Assembly (NCBI GenBank): GCA_013115125.1
Contig: JABANN010000036.1
Coordinates: 62,001 to 111,923, forward strand
Origin: Perkinsus olseni
Taxonomy: Eukaryota
DNA length: 49,923 nucleotides
Direction: 5' to 3'
Numbering within the stretch: position 1 is the stretch's first letter; every line of letters begins with the position of its first letter. Under the pieces are notes generated by a model. It searched no databases. It was given only the letters and a program-made list of their open reading frames with translations, and had not been told where the DNA came from. The position numbers were made by a program, and so were the translations under genes. Shown here one piece after another: positions 36,996-49,032 of the stretch.

Positions 36996-38327
36996 CATTT
37001 TCTGACCGACGCATTGAAAGCTCTTTCGTTGTCAGTCAGCACCTCTGCCTAGGGTCTTTATACTCGAGTGGTAGTGGTATACTCACGCGTCCATCTTATG
37101 AATTCATCGCTAGCGAAGCAAAAGGGCCATGGAGCATTTCCATCGGAAATCTTCAACAAGTGATGCGCGATGTCGCTTGCTTTCTTGCGATCCCTTCGAG
37201 GCCCGAAGTTCGAGCGCTCCAGAGGATTTTCCGCAACAGTATCAGCTTGTTGTTAAGACTGGAGCGTGACAGTATATTACTACGCAGTATCGTGCTCGCA
37301 GGAGGTCATCGAACGAGTTCAGCTGTATTCGCGCCTCCGTCGAATGGCCCAGAATATCAGTGGCCAAAGTACCGCGATATTTCTCGCATCCCCGTCCGTA
37401 TACTCTCTTCTTGTGTAAGGAAGGCCGCAGGCTTTACTGAGAGTGAAACCATCGCGGCAGGGGATGCACTACTCAAGCTAGTCGTTTCCCATGATGATGC
37501 TAGTTCTAGCTGCGTTATAATCACCAATTTGTAAAGTGGTGATCTCAACATGGGAGTTGCTGAGAGTGGTGCTGCGGAGACCTTCCACCTGCCTTCCTTA
37601 TCCATGCCTTCATGCTATGTCGGCGCGAGTGGGTCAGTGATATTTTGTGTGACCCGCCCGTCATCTTCGTGGAAGGAATTCAACCCTCCCGCCCTCAACC
37701 TTAACCGAGTCTGCGGGTGAGCCCTTACGGGGTCTCAGGCTGTACGAGTCCAGTATTAGGGTGCATACGTGGTGGCACGTCAAGGACTTTGGTGCGACGA
37801 CTAGCGGGCCAGCGTTGTTTACTGGCCTGTTCTCTTTGATGGGCACGTGGCAGATGACCTGTTCAAGTATGCCATGAGCGTCCTTATCTCCTAGTCCCCG
37901 CAGTCAGAGGTTCCAACCTCCTTCAAAGGTCTGACCCACTAATATAGCCATCAACGTGCTCTGGACGAACGAAGTTGATGGCGCGGCCATAGAACTCGTT
38001 CACTATGGATGGCCCATCATCATTGGCAGTTGCACGGAACCAGAAACTTGATGTCTCATAGAACACCTTCATTTGTTCTCTTCCCTGTAATTCATCTTCT
38101 TCTCTCTCTTTGTACTTCGTCATATATGAGAGCTGCGTTTGTGACATCTAACCCGCATACTCTTCAGCGGTGGGACCTCCCGGCTATGCCCTGATTCCGG
38201 GGACTTCAAGATGTTGATACTTCCGAGCGGTGAAAGTCCCTTGCCCTGCGTACATTCGGACGCATCGTCCATCTGAGGTGGGAGCCAGTTGAGCTACGCT
38301 TGTTGGTCAGTCATCCTGAGTTCTCCT

Positions 38328-39700
38328 ATGTTCCGGCAAATTCCCCTCGTGCGTTTCCTCAACATTGCCGCTTCATTGGCATTATGTTACGGTCTGAGAT
38401 CATTTAACTCAGAGTCTCTGAGCAGGCATAACATGACCCTTACGTATGACGAGGGAACGGCAAGGGTAAACCGTGCTCGTTGTCCTTGCTGCTTGAGGGA
38501 TATCTTGCTCTGTGTCACAAGATAGTGAGTAACTATGAGTGACCTTCGACTTCTATTGTTCCCTGTTACGCGGCCTCTCTTGCAGACTGCCTTTGGATTT
38601 CTTGAAACGTTTGAGACGATCAACCCCGTGTTATCGACGTGGCTCAGACAGAATATCCTAAAGGGTAAGGCGCCAACAGATAACTTGAGAATGATCACGC
38701 TGGAGGGCCGTTATCCATTCAACTGTTTTACATGCTCTTATTCTCAGGAAGGAGGACCCGCTCAAATTCGCTTTCATCGCTGACGAATATGAATTGCGAG
38801 CATTTGACAATCCATTCATAAAAGAAATCGCGAGAACGGCCGATGGTACAACGGTGAGCCCTCCCCCACTCAAGGCACATCTGCTGCGCGAGTTGGGCTC
38901 CGAAGTTCTGGAGGGATACATAGATAAGTTCAATCATAACAGAGTGCTATACTGCAAGTTAGGGGCATTTTCGAGAGGCTGGAACTTGCCGAAGTTCGCT
39001 GAAGTTAGACTTATGGTGAGGTTGGATGCTGGCCAGCTGTGAATACGACTTATCTTACAGTTTCTTGCCGACTTCGAGGCCCATCTTAGCAGGAAGAGCT
39101 CGAACGATCCCTTCGTGCTTAAAGCAATGAAGGCAGAGATTCTTGAGCAGGACCCTGGAGCTGGATGGTAGGTCTAATGATACGCCGAGCTTCGCTTTTC
39201 TCGACCTCGAAGTCGACAGGGCTACTCCCTCCCCTCTCTTGGGCGAGCACCCATTTTGGCAACAGCCCCCAGGGCCGCCCACATGGAGAATTGGATCGTC
39301 CTACGGCCTAGAATTTCCTGGCGATGTTGCTCGTGGATAGTTTTGGCCACAGCGTCAGAGATTAAGCTATTCTGGTCGTTTGCCGAAGCGATGTTCTTCT
39401 CGCTTTTGAATCCTCGGTGTTCTTTCTAGGCCTGCCAACCCGAAGCTGTACGGTAACAGGCTGCGCGAATTGCTGTCCGGCAGTCGGAGAGCAATACCTT
39501 TGATAGGGGAGAAAGCTGAAGACACCTGTAGAAGGCAACTGCAGTTTTACAGTGAGTACATTTCACCGCCTGCACCTGGTATTCACCCTGATACATGGCC
39601 CCTGCTGAAGAGAATGCACCCTAGGAGCATGGGCACTCCGCAGCATGTTAAGAATATTTTCAATTGGCTGACGAATGGGACTATGAAGCCCAGAGACTAA
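38328..39700 (+). CDS. Secreted 'DTWP' family hypothetical protein, copy 1
   Basis: Signal-like MFRQIPLVRFLNIAASLALCYG; C-terminus DTCRRQLQFYSEYISPP...PDTWP...IFNWLTNGTM aligns with the copies at 44.3-45.9 kb and 47.9-49.0 kb. Confidence 0.6.
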
Positions 39701-40104
39701 CTTCGTGCCTCATGTGCCCGGTGCTACTTGAGAGGTTTTCTCGAGCAGCGTGGGGGGCTTTTTCTCTCTTTCGGCCATAATTTGAGAGTCCATGCGAGTA
39801 ATTCTTTCCTCGCGAACAAAAATATGCTGTGCTGTTGCCCATGTGTGTTCTCGGCTGTTCTCATGAAAAGGATTGATGTTGCTCCAAGATCGATGAAGAT
39901 TGTTGCGTTTCAGTAGTGTACTACCATTCTTGCAACTTTGCCTGAGACAGCTTCCGAGACAGTCTGAATTTGGGCCTAGACCGGAAATTCAGAGTTTTTG
40001 CCACCAAGGGCGCAACCTCATACGAAAATGAATCATTGAATCAAATGAATCAATGAAAATGCATTTTTTCGAGGAGTGGCGCGTTTTAGGAAGACCAATA
40101 AGAC

Positions 40105-40845
40105 TGGCCACGCGGGTTTGAATGGTAGCCGCCAAGGCTGTTAATAGTTGGACGTGCCTGCCGGCTGTTACATTATATAGCGGAGGAGCACCGCTGCTGC
40201 GATCCCCGTCATCACATGTGTGTTTTGCTGATGGACCCGAGAGGGGCAACTGAATAAGTATCATCAGTACCGCTTCATGATGAAGCCTTCATCACCGCAT
40301 CTCCGGCAGTGGCGTACCGGCCAGCTTGGTAGGTGGAGGTATCCTCTAGTTGAGCCCCCCTCCACTTGGATGTCTCTATCGTAATGCCCTTACTGCCACG
40401 CCAAGCTGCAGAGCTCATCATGCAAAGCGCCGGTCCTCTGCGACGCGAAGACATCAACTCCGCCCATCCGGGCCAAACCCTCTCGAGGCTTGCCTCTGCT
40501 CACTCGGGAAGCGAGGCTAGCCGATCGTCAATGGGTTTCGTGGAGTCGCTCTTCCGCTGCTGCCAGGAGTAGCAACTCCCTACCGGGTCGTCCGGTCAGA
40601 CGCTCAGAGTTGCCCTTCCATGCGATCTCAACTACTTCACTCTCCGCAAGGCGTCAAGGCGCGGCGCGGCGACATTTTAGTCTTTCTGTGTGGAGCCAGC
40701 CTTCACGCGCATTAGAACTGCCCTCTCCCATGCTCGATGTTTCCAACTCGTGTTGCCTTGTTGACCTTCCCTCTCGATAGCGCTGACCAAGCGTCATCCC
40801 TTCACTTTGATGCTTTCCCTTTCACTTTGGCTACCAACATGGAAG
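40105..40845 (+). repeat. Diverged direct duplicate of ~35050-35760 (DUS 3' end plus SufD upstream region)
   Basis: Colinear matches such as gccgccaaggctgt.aatag, cacttggatgtctctat, ccgctgctgccaggagtagcaactccctaccgggtc and ttctgtgtggagccagccttcacgcgcatt. Confidence 0.9.
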
Positions 40846-40849
40846 ATGT

Positions 40850-42005
40850 GTGAGCTTACAATCCGACCCCGGTTCCGCCTTAGTTGGACTCTCGCCGATG
40901 TGCTCAGTTGGAGACAACGGTTCATCATACTAAGTGCGGTCATTGTGGGTGAGTAAAGAGAAGGCTTATCTGATGCTTAACTGTCAAAGACCGGATCGGT
41001 ATCGCCAGCCGCCTAGTTTGAAACTAGGCGGGATGAAGCTGAAGGCTCCAGCCTGAAGCTCAACCTAATCATCAAGCCCTCCTAGCCTCACAGCAGATCA
41101 ATCAGCAGCAGTCCCCGGTTCCGGCCGGAAAAGTCAGCTCAAAGACTCCTGGTTATCGTCGTACTTCCGCGCGACGAAGTCACTGTCTTCGAGACTGGGC
41201 AAAGCCGAGTTTCCATCGTCCTTGGTTCCACCCCAAAGATTTCTCGAGGCTTTGTACTTGAATCCATCCGCGCACATTGACTTCGACAAGTATTTTAATA
41301 GCTCTTCACCTTTTCAAGGTGTAGTTCTCGAAGCTAGCAGCCTGGCCGAGGATCTCGTTGGTATTACCAACTGGGTAACCCCGTTTTGGTTAGAAAGCTA
41401 CTCCCTTCTACTACGGATGCGGAAAAGAGCAGTGCGAAGCCGATCAAGAATTTCAGTGGCAAATGGTCGAGGGCATTCATCATCAATTCGGTTGCGGTTC
41501 TGGTGGTTCAAGAAACTGAGACGTCCTCCGCCAAGATACCCGATCAACAACGATAGTTCGAGGCTTCGGACAGCAGCTCTGAGGGCGACGACGCTGGGTA
41601 TATATCCTTCCTGGACATGTTAGCCTGCCATAAGCGTCTCCTATGGTACGCGGCGGAATATAATTGGTCGGTGGCTGCATGTGTCGACAAGTCTGTTCGA
41701 CAAGCGATAGATGGTACCTGTCGGGGTGGTACACGGGAGTCTGGCTCAGTATTATAAGTCTTTCGACCTCTGGTCTGGCAAGGCGTCGGAAGTGGTTGGC
41801 CTTGCCATGAACAGCCAGACCGCGCCGTACGGTCCTCTTCGTCAACCACAAGGTAACTCTAAGACATCTGCCACTGCGAATAGTAGCACTCAAGATACTC
41901 ACGTCGGGAAATTCTCGTGGCAGGGCCCGAAGCGTCCGGCTGCGCCTTCTCTTGGGAGAGGCTCACCGTCGAAGATGTCTTTTCCTTTTCTTTCTCGACC
42001 GAATT
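40850..42005 (+). other. ~1.15 kb segment absent from the parental copy, with a long stop-interrupted reading frame; possibly a decayed mobile-element remnant
   Basis: Replaces the 5' half of SufD in the duplicate. ORFs 41222-41623 and 41711 onward are in the same frame, separated by stops. No diagnostic transposase or RT motif recognised. Confidence 0.25.
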
Positions 42006-42007
42006 CA

Positions 42008-42500
42008 TTTCGGACGTCCATTCAGCGCATGTGGTGGCACGTGGAAGTGCGCAGACTGAATGGACTCCTACTGCGACTTCCTCTCCACGGGAACGAAAGC
42101 TCAGCAAACGCACAGGGCGGTAAGGTCACTGTCTATTCATGTCGTAAACATAGTGATGCTCAGGTGCTATGTGGACCAAAGAGCCGGAGTAGCTGGAACT
42201 TCCAGGCTGGAAGTCAACGTACATGGTCAACAAGGTGGCTCAGCAGACAGACGCCAATCAGGAGTGTAAAGCTTTGCTCTTGGATCGTACAGCGAGGATG
42301 ACTGCCCGACCGGAGTTGAAGATTCAGGCAGATGATGTGAAAGTCACCCATGGGGCAGCTCTGTCGACCACGATCGACCTAAAACAGGTTGGTGACGATC
42401 CGCCTTGTTGCTCAACCTGTCAACGCTGTTCTCAGTTGTTATACCTCATCTTCCGTGAGGACTTCACGGGAGATGAGACCACGTTCGCGTGCCCAATGGC
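42008..42500 (+). pseudogene. sufD: Partial SufD pseudogene (duplicate of ~36408-36883) with frameshifts and two fold-back insertions
   Basis: ISDVHSAHVVARGSA, DSYCDFLSTGTKAQQTHRA and VNKVAQQTDANQECKALL..RPELKIQADDVKVTHG lie in different frames; introns are retained; no 5' half. Confidence 0.85.
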
Positions 42501-42644
42501 AGTAACTACATCTCACCGCCTGGTGGGGATACTATCCCTGATATCTGGCCGTTTACTGTCAAGTCAAGCTCTTATCGTTTGACCGCTGAACAACAGGTCA
42601 TTAGTGTTTTCCACTGGCTGACTAACGGCACTATGAAATACTGA
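42500..42644 (+). pseudogene. C-terminal fragment of a 'DTWP' family gene fused directly to the SufD pseudogene
   Basis: SNYISPPGGDTIPDIWPFTVKSSSYRLTAEQQVISVFHWLTNGTMKY* closely matches 48882-49032. Confidence 0.8.
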
Positions 42645-44340
42645 TTTTGTGGCGCATCTGATCCCACTTGGGTAGAGGTTCACCAGATAGGGCAGATATT
42701 TTCGCCTGTAAAGGATGCCCCTATCCGGGTCGGTTATTATTTAAGGGTGCGTTCGAAACTTGAATTTTGCCTGAGGGACTAGATCCTGTGTTTTTGCTAG
42801 TGTTCGTCCAGGCTGTTCCCATGAGAATTGATGTTGCTTTGAGAACGTAACAAACTCTAAGTCTCTTGCGTTGGCATGTACCATTATCATGGTACCTCCG
42901 TCGTGTTACTTATTAATGATGTTACGGAACGCCAACGTAGACCCTCTCCATCCAAATATCGTGGGGTTTCAAGCCCAGACTGACTCACTGACCGCTCAAC
43001 GTTTTAGACCATAGGACCGAAGGCTGCACCGTCCAGCGGGCTCGTATCAGCAAATACGAGAGCAGGTCCGAGGGAAACATCCATCTACCTGTCTGAGAAT
43101 ACCCTTGACTCAAACAAAGTTTGGGAATGTCCAGCGACGGTAGCCGTCCAGCACTGCACGCGCCTCCTGGGATGTAGCAAGGATTTGTTCGATACGGTGA
43201 ACCAGTGAGTCGGGGCTTCAGTGATCGGCTGTCGAACTTCGATGTGCGCTTGTCAGTCTTGGCCTTTTCTCCGATATGCTTGGTGATAACATATCCAACT
43301 TCGGTCTATATTCCCTATTCCCAGCGTCTTACTCACTAGTAGTCTTGCCATTCTAGACTGTTCCCTCATCAAACTTGCACGGGAATTGATTTTGTATTGC
43401 TAGAAATTCAACAGACTCCATAGCGTTAGGTATGAATGAGGCAGTTTTACTAGCTTGGTAAATTCATCTTTGAAGGGAAAGGGTGTCACTGATATGTTCT
43501 AAGTCAGAACTGTCATAGTCTGGCCTGGCGTCCGAGTAGCTGTCAGAGAGATCGTCGCCATAGTCAATCTCCTCATAGATAGACATATGAACTCAACTCC
43601 CATGAAAGAGAGAAGGGAAGACACAAGGCACAAGCCTGCTAGTGGGTCGTGAGGTCTGAGTACTCCCTAAATGACGCGTTTCACACCTTATTTCGGCGCG
43701 ATTTAGTGAGTATCGGCTATCCTGATGAGTTTTGGCTGGATGGTTTCGAATATTGAGATGCAACATGGAGGGATAGCTTTTTGAAAGACGCTCTCTCCAT
43801 TGGTGTACCGCATTAGATCAGATTCAAAGTTGTAAATATAGTTCCCGAGTGAAAGTTGGTATTTTGAGGCGCAATTTTAAGCCGTGTATGCTAAGAGTTT
43901 GTGGAGAAAATTTTTTACGACTTTTCGAGTTCTCAGTAACTATGAAGAGTTAGGCCCTGAAACTCGGAGGTTATATCCTGAGAAGCATAAGAATGACCCT
44001 CCGCGAGTGACAGTTCCGTACTCGTCCAGGTGACAGTGCACGAGTCGAAAAACCGGATATGCTAAGAATTTGTGGAGGGGTGTATTACAAGAATACTGAT
44101 GGGTGCGAGCGAGTATCTAACATCTTCAAAAAAATGTCTCCGTGGGGGAAACTCGCTCCTCTTGGTTATCTTGCCATTCCTCGAGCGTAATGTAGTCATT
44201 CCAGGTAATCTCTCTGAAGGGAATCTCCATGTCTCCTTACGCCCGAGATCGGTCACAATGGGTGTTTTTTCCGAAGCTACATCGTACTCAGGCTCGAAAA
44301 GTTGTGTTCAATTGGTTCCTCAGTAATCCCTGGTTGAGTC

Positions 44341-45852
44341 ATGGTGCGACGATTTCCCCTTTCACGTCTTGTAAGCTTCAGCGCTTTAGCGATATTGTGG
44401 TGGCCCGTGAAATGCGCGAGCCCTGATGTTGGCAGCAGGCAGGCCGTGTCCTTCTCTTATCGAGAGAAGACGATGAAGGTGGGGTGCTTTTCATTGACTT
44501 TCCTTGGCACGTCTTCCCCTGTATCACACGACGGAGAGTCGAATCGAAACTGGACTGGTACATTGTCTTCCTCGCAGACTGTGATCGGATTCCGCGAGAC
44601 TGAAGATGGCGAGCTCCGTGTTATTGATGTGGCGCAATCAAGCTTCCCTGATGGGTGATGACTCTCGCGTTAACTGCTTGCTATCCTCACATTTTTCAGA
44701 ACCGGTCTTCGGCTCAAATTTGCCTTCCTCGCTGACGAAGACGCGTTAAAAGAAGAATTCAACAACCCAACGTTCCAGAGAATCTTAAAAGAGAACGATT
44801 CTTCAACTATTAGCCCGGCCTTACTCAAGACGCATCTCATGGAGAACTTCATCAATTTGGATATTCAAGAAAGATACCATAAGAAGTTCCCAGAAAAAGC
44901 ATGCAGAGTTACACTGCAAATTGACAAGTTATGCCGACACACGGGTAGCATCCGGGGAAGCTGAGGTGTCCAAATTTTTGGTCACTTTCGGGCGCATGCC
45001 TTTCGAATCTGTGGACTTTACGAAGTTTGAAATTGCCTTTGGACACCTTATCTTCTTCAGTTGCCACCTTGGGACAGTTGGGATCTGAGCCATGGGGTGA
45101 GGTCAGTTGCAGCATCTGCAAGCAGCTTGCAAGCTATGAACTAACGACGACTGCAATTTCGTTTTTAGTTTAAGATCCATTACACAATTTACCTTACCAG
45201 GGCGGAGGCCAGTGAGCCTCTGGTGCTTAGGGCTATGAAAGCAGACCTCTCTTGGAAGGAGGGATATAAATGGTAGATTCAATGATAACATTCCAAGGGT
45301 TGAAGTTCAACCGCTCCGCTTCGGTTCTCGATCTTAAAATTGGCTTTCTTACTCGCTGAAATGCCTTCGGAAAGCGAACTGATGAATCAGCTGCTTTAAC
45401 GAACATAGGGACTATTAGTTTCGACACTGAGCTCTGGCTTGCTAATGAATTATTGGGAGTGTTCGCAACTTGCAAGCAGCAAGTACGACATACTGCGCGG
45501 CAATAACAGCGATGCTGTGCTGCGATGTGTAGTCCCTTCATATTTCGAGACACCGCTAAAGGCTTGATTTGTTTGTAGGACTGCCGAGCCGAAGTTCTAC
45601 AGGGAAAGGTTGGACGAGTTGTTGTTACGCAGCGCGAAGGCCACGCCTCGAGCCAACGAGAGTACCCAAGACACCTGCAGGAGGCAAATAAAATTCTATG
45701 CTGAATACCTTTCGGCACGCGGAGAGAGAACTTTTCCTGATACATGGGCGGGAGAGACCTTCGAAGGCAGGTATTTCCGATGGCCCGTTCCTGATAAGTG
45801 ACTTATCTCTGGCATTTACCATTGGTTGACGCGTGATACTATAAAAAACTAG
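44341..45852 (+). pseudogene. Secreted 'DTWP' family copy 2, with an in-frame TGA at 45799-45801
   Basis: Signal-like MVRRFPLSRLVSFSALAILWWPVKC; middle FLADEDALKEEFNNP...PALLKTHL; C-terminus DTCRRQIKFYAEYLS...PDTW...DK*LISGIYHWLTRDTIKN. Confidence 0.6.
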
Positions 45853-46810
45853 CCCTGACGACGCCGCTGGGCTCTGATGTTACTTGAAGGGGCCTTGCGA
45901 GAAGCGTGAGTGATGCATACTCTTGAGAGCACGCTCAAGTGCCCTTCCTCAAATGATATCATCATGTCTTTGGCAGTGTCATACGTGTTGTGCGCATTCG
46001 TGAGAACCCGTTGTTGCACCAAGTTGGAAAGTAATTGTTGCGTCCCGAAGAATGCGGACTCCGCGCCCCAGATTCTCGAAATTCCAGACTTCAGAGTAGA
46101 CTTCAGATGTCGAATGGGCATATCACAAGACAGAACCCATCAGCGATGGCATCGCGATGGCAGTAATGAAACATCAGCATCGCTGCGATGTAATGACTAC
46201 TCACAGCGAATGTGTTAACCACCTACTAGCCAGCAGCCTGCTGGCAGCAAACCCGTTGCCGAGGGAAATTCGAGCAGTGCAACCAGCACGGCGCAGGATA
46301 GTCACGTTGAGCAATCCGTCTCAGGCAGGTCCATCGCTTTTGTTTTAACGGTTTGACGGCAGCTGCGCATGCCTCAACGACTCACAGGCTGCAGACTTCC
46401 TGAAGATGCAGGAAAGCACATCGAAACCCGAACCTCTTCTTGAGGCAAGTTCAATGCGCATTGCGCACTTTAAATTTGCAAAGCTGGGGTAAATGGATTC
46501 AAAGAAAGAGAAACGATCGGTGCTGCACGAGGCGAGCAAAAATCGGACGACTAGGCTGAGTGGCGCCAAGGCGTCTGGGAATGCTTGTTGAGTTGACGAG
46601 TGAAGTATCGCCGGGTCTACCTCACCAGGGCAGAGATCGATCAGGATGACCGGCTCACTTCATGGCGGCCGAGATGGGTGGTCGACCCAAATTGGGTCAC
46701 CCAATGAGACAGCGGAATTGTACGGTATTCGATTTCGAAGGCGGCGACGCTATTTCCTGGCATTTTCGAGCTAGCCATTGATCAGGCTACAGTACTAGCA
46801 CGATTAATCT

Positions 46811-46960
46811 TTGAACGAGCCACTCTTAAATGGTCCCGAAAGGGCATGTACTAGGCATGTGAAATTTTGCAGTAACTACCATCGGCGCGTGGCGATGCTA
46901 AGCCCGATACCTGGCCGAATCCGACTATCGGGTTCCGATCGAGTCCAGCTCTATACATGT
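46811..46960 (+). pseudogene. Degenerate 'DTWP' family C-terminal remnant
   Basis: ACTRHVKFCSNY followed, after a frameshift, by ...ccgatacctggccg (PDTWP). Confidence 0.45.
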
Positions 46961-47856
46961 TACCGTATTTCTCCCCTTGGGCGTTTATCAATCTTGTACT
47001 CGTCTGGTCCAATATGTTTCATGCTGGTGTAATATCGGAACTGCTCGTTGCGATGTCCATCACCAGCACACACTGCCGCAATCCGAGATAATGTAGATCT
47101 TGACAAATTACTGTCATCTTGACATGTCCAGCGATGAGGTTAAGCCGCAGTGGCTAGGAATTTCGAAGAATGTCTTGTGGGAGTGACAAAGCCGACTGGA
47201 AGAAATGACTTGAACTAGTCTTGTTCGTTTCTATTCGTAACAGCCCCTCAGTCGCATCGAATTTCCTTTCTTCTATTTTCGGGTTGCAATACCCTTTACT
47301 ACCCACAGATATTCGTAAGTTCAAGTCTAGGAGCATTCTCCATTGCTGACCTCACCAACTCAATTCTGCGACGGAAAAAATGACTGAACTCGGAAAGCGT
47401 CGCGAGATAGCAAGAAATGGAATCTTCCAAGCACGAAGGTGCTTCCATATCAGTCTTCAGGTTGCATTACGTTTGCTTTTCGATATGCTTTCCTTTTTAC
47501 TCTTGCAGGAGATTCCGTGAACTTAGAGCCTACCATCGGCAGCGCCGATGCTAGTCGAGTACTTCACTGCTCAGTGTTGATCTGAAAACTGTTATCACGT
47601 TGAGACCGTCGTACAAAACGTACGACTCATCATTGTCGAATACCTCCCTCAAGATTCAATATAATTTCGAGTTCCGTAACAACGACAAGCCCCCCCGGGG
47701 TCCAGTCATACCGGGCAGGAGAAATCGTCACATCTTCTTACAGAGCCTCCTGACTTCGCGTCAGCCTCTAGACTGTTAGATCCTAACTCGATGAGCTCGC
47801 GGGTGGAGCCCGGTTCACCGATAGGTCATTTCCTCGTTTGACGACCAAGTAGCACC

Positions 47857-49032
47857 ATGGCCCCACGGATCATCCCGTCGCGTCTTCTGACCGTCACAGC
47901 CCTCTTGGTGTCACCGTCGTATCAAGCTTCTGGCAGCCTCCGTTCGGAGCGTCCGATGAGGGACAGAAAAGTCAGGACTTTCCACGACAACAGCGATAAG
48001 ACAATGACAGAGGTAGAGTAGTGTCGTGAATTCTTGTACTAGAGCATGCTGTGCTCTCCGTCGCATGACATGATAAACCATGGATTGCAACCTGTTACGT
48101 GCCCTGTGACTATCTCTTGCAGACTGTAATCGGGTATGCAGAGGACTCGAGTGGCGAATTCCACGTCATGGATGTGGCACATTTGGAGTATCCGTACGGG
48201 TGAGGATGCTCGCGGCTCTCGCTTCGAATCTCTCTTCCCAGGAACAACAGTTATGTCGAATTCACTGTGCTGGCTGATGAGGCCGCGTTGGAAAGCTCTG
48301 ATAACGCACAGATTGAAGGCTTGCTGATGGCTATGGATACCGGAGAAGAGAACCCGACGCGCTCTGTCGTCTCTGAGATGTTTGAGAAGTACGAAAAGAA
48401 CTTCGTCGACAAGGACGAGATGTTCTGCACGAGACAAGCTACTAGTGAAGTCTGGACAGTCGGAGGAACATGCCAGGTTGAATGGAGGCGAGCTCGGAAT
48501 GTCCGCTAATGGTTCCCTGGCTTCTTAGTTGTCGATTCGTTACACGATATACCTGAGCAAAGCAAACCTCAACCAGCCCTTCAAGCTCAGAGCGTTGAAG
48601 GCAGAACTCGCCACGAATAGCAAGCAGTGTGAATGGTAAGCTTTATGATACTGCGGGACTATGATTCCCCGTCTCGAAAGTGAGATCACCGTCTCCTAGC
48701 CTCTCTTGGCTGAGTCAGCCGGACTGACTGTGGAACGCGACATGCTCTTTGTCCTTTGCAGGATTGTCAAGCCTAAGTTCAACGCGAACAAGTTCAATGA
48801 GTTGCTGTCTCGCAGTAAATCAGCCATACCTCGAGGGAGGGATACCTCAGCTGCGACATGCAGCAGACAAGTCGAATATTACAGTAACTACGTATCACCG
48901 CCTGGTGGCAACGCTATCCCCGATACCTGGCCGTATACAGTCAAGTCCAGCTCTTACCCACTGACCACTGGGCAACAGGCCATCAACGTTTTCCACTGGC
49001 TAAGTGATGGTTCCATGCAGTTCGAGCACTGA
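47857..49032 (+). CDS. Secreted 'DTWP' family hypothetical protein, copy 3
   Basis: Signal-like MAPRIIPSRLLTVTALLVSPSYQA; middle VLADEAALESSDNAQI; C-terminus ELLSRSKSAIP...TCSRQVEYYSNYVSPPGGNAIPDTWP...VFHWLSDGSM. Confidence 0.6.

Noticed and set aside
37000-38280. Short ORFs between SufD and DTWP copy 1
   Set aside because: No coherent exon chain or recognisable domain; possibly a decayed gene.
42950-44000. Minus-strand acidic peptide fragments (EEIDYGDDLSDSYSD...)
   Set aside because: Frames are broken and no family is recognisable; too weak to call.
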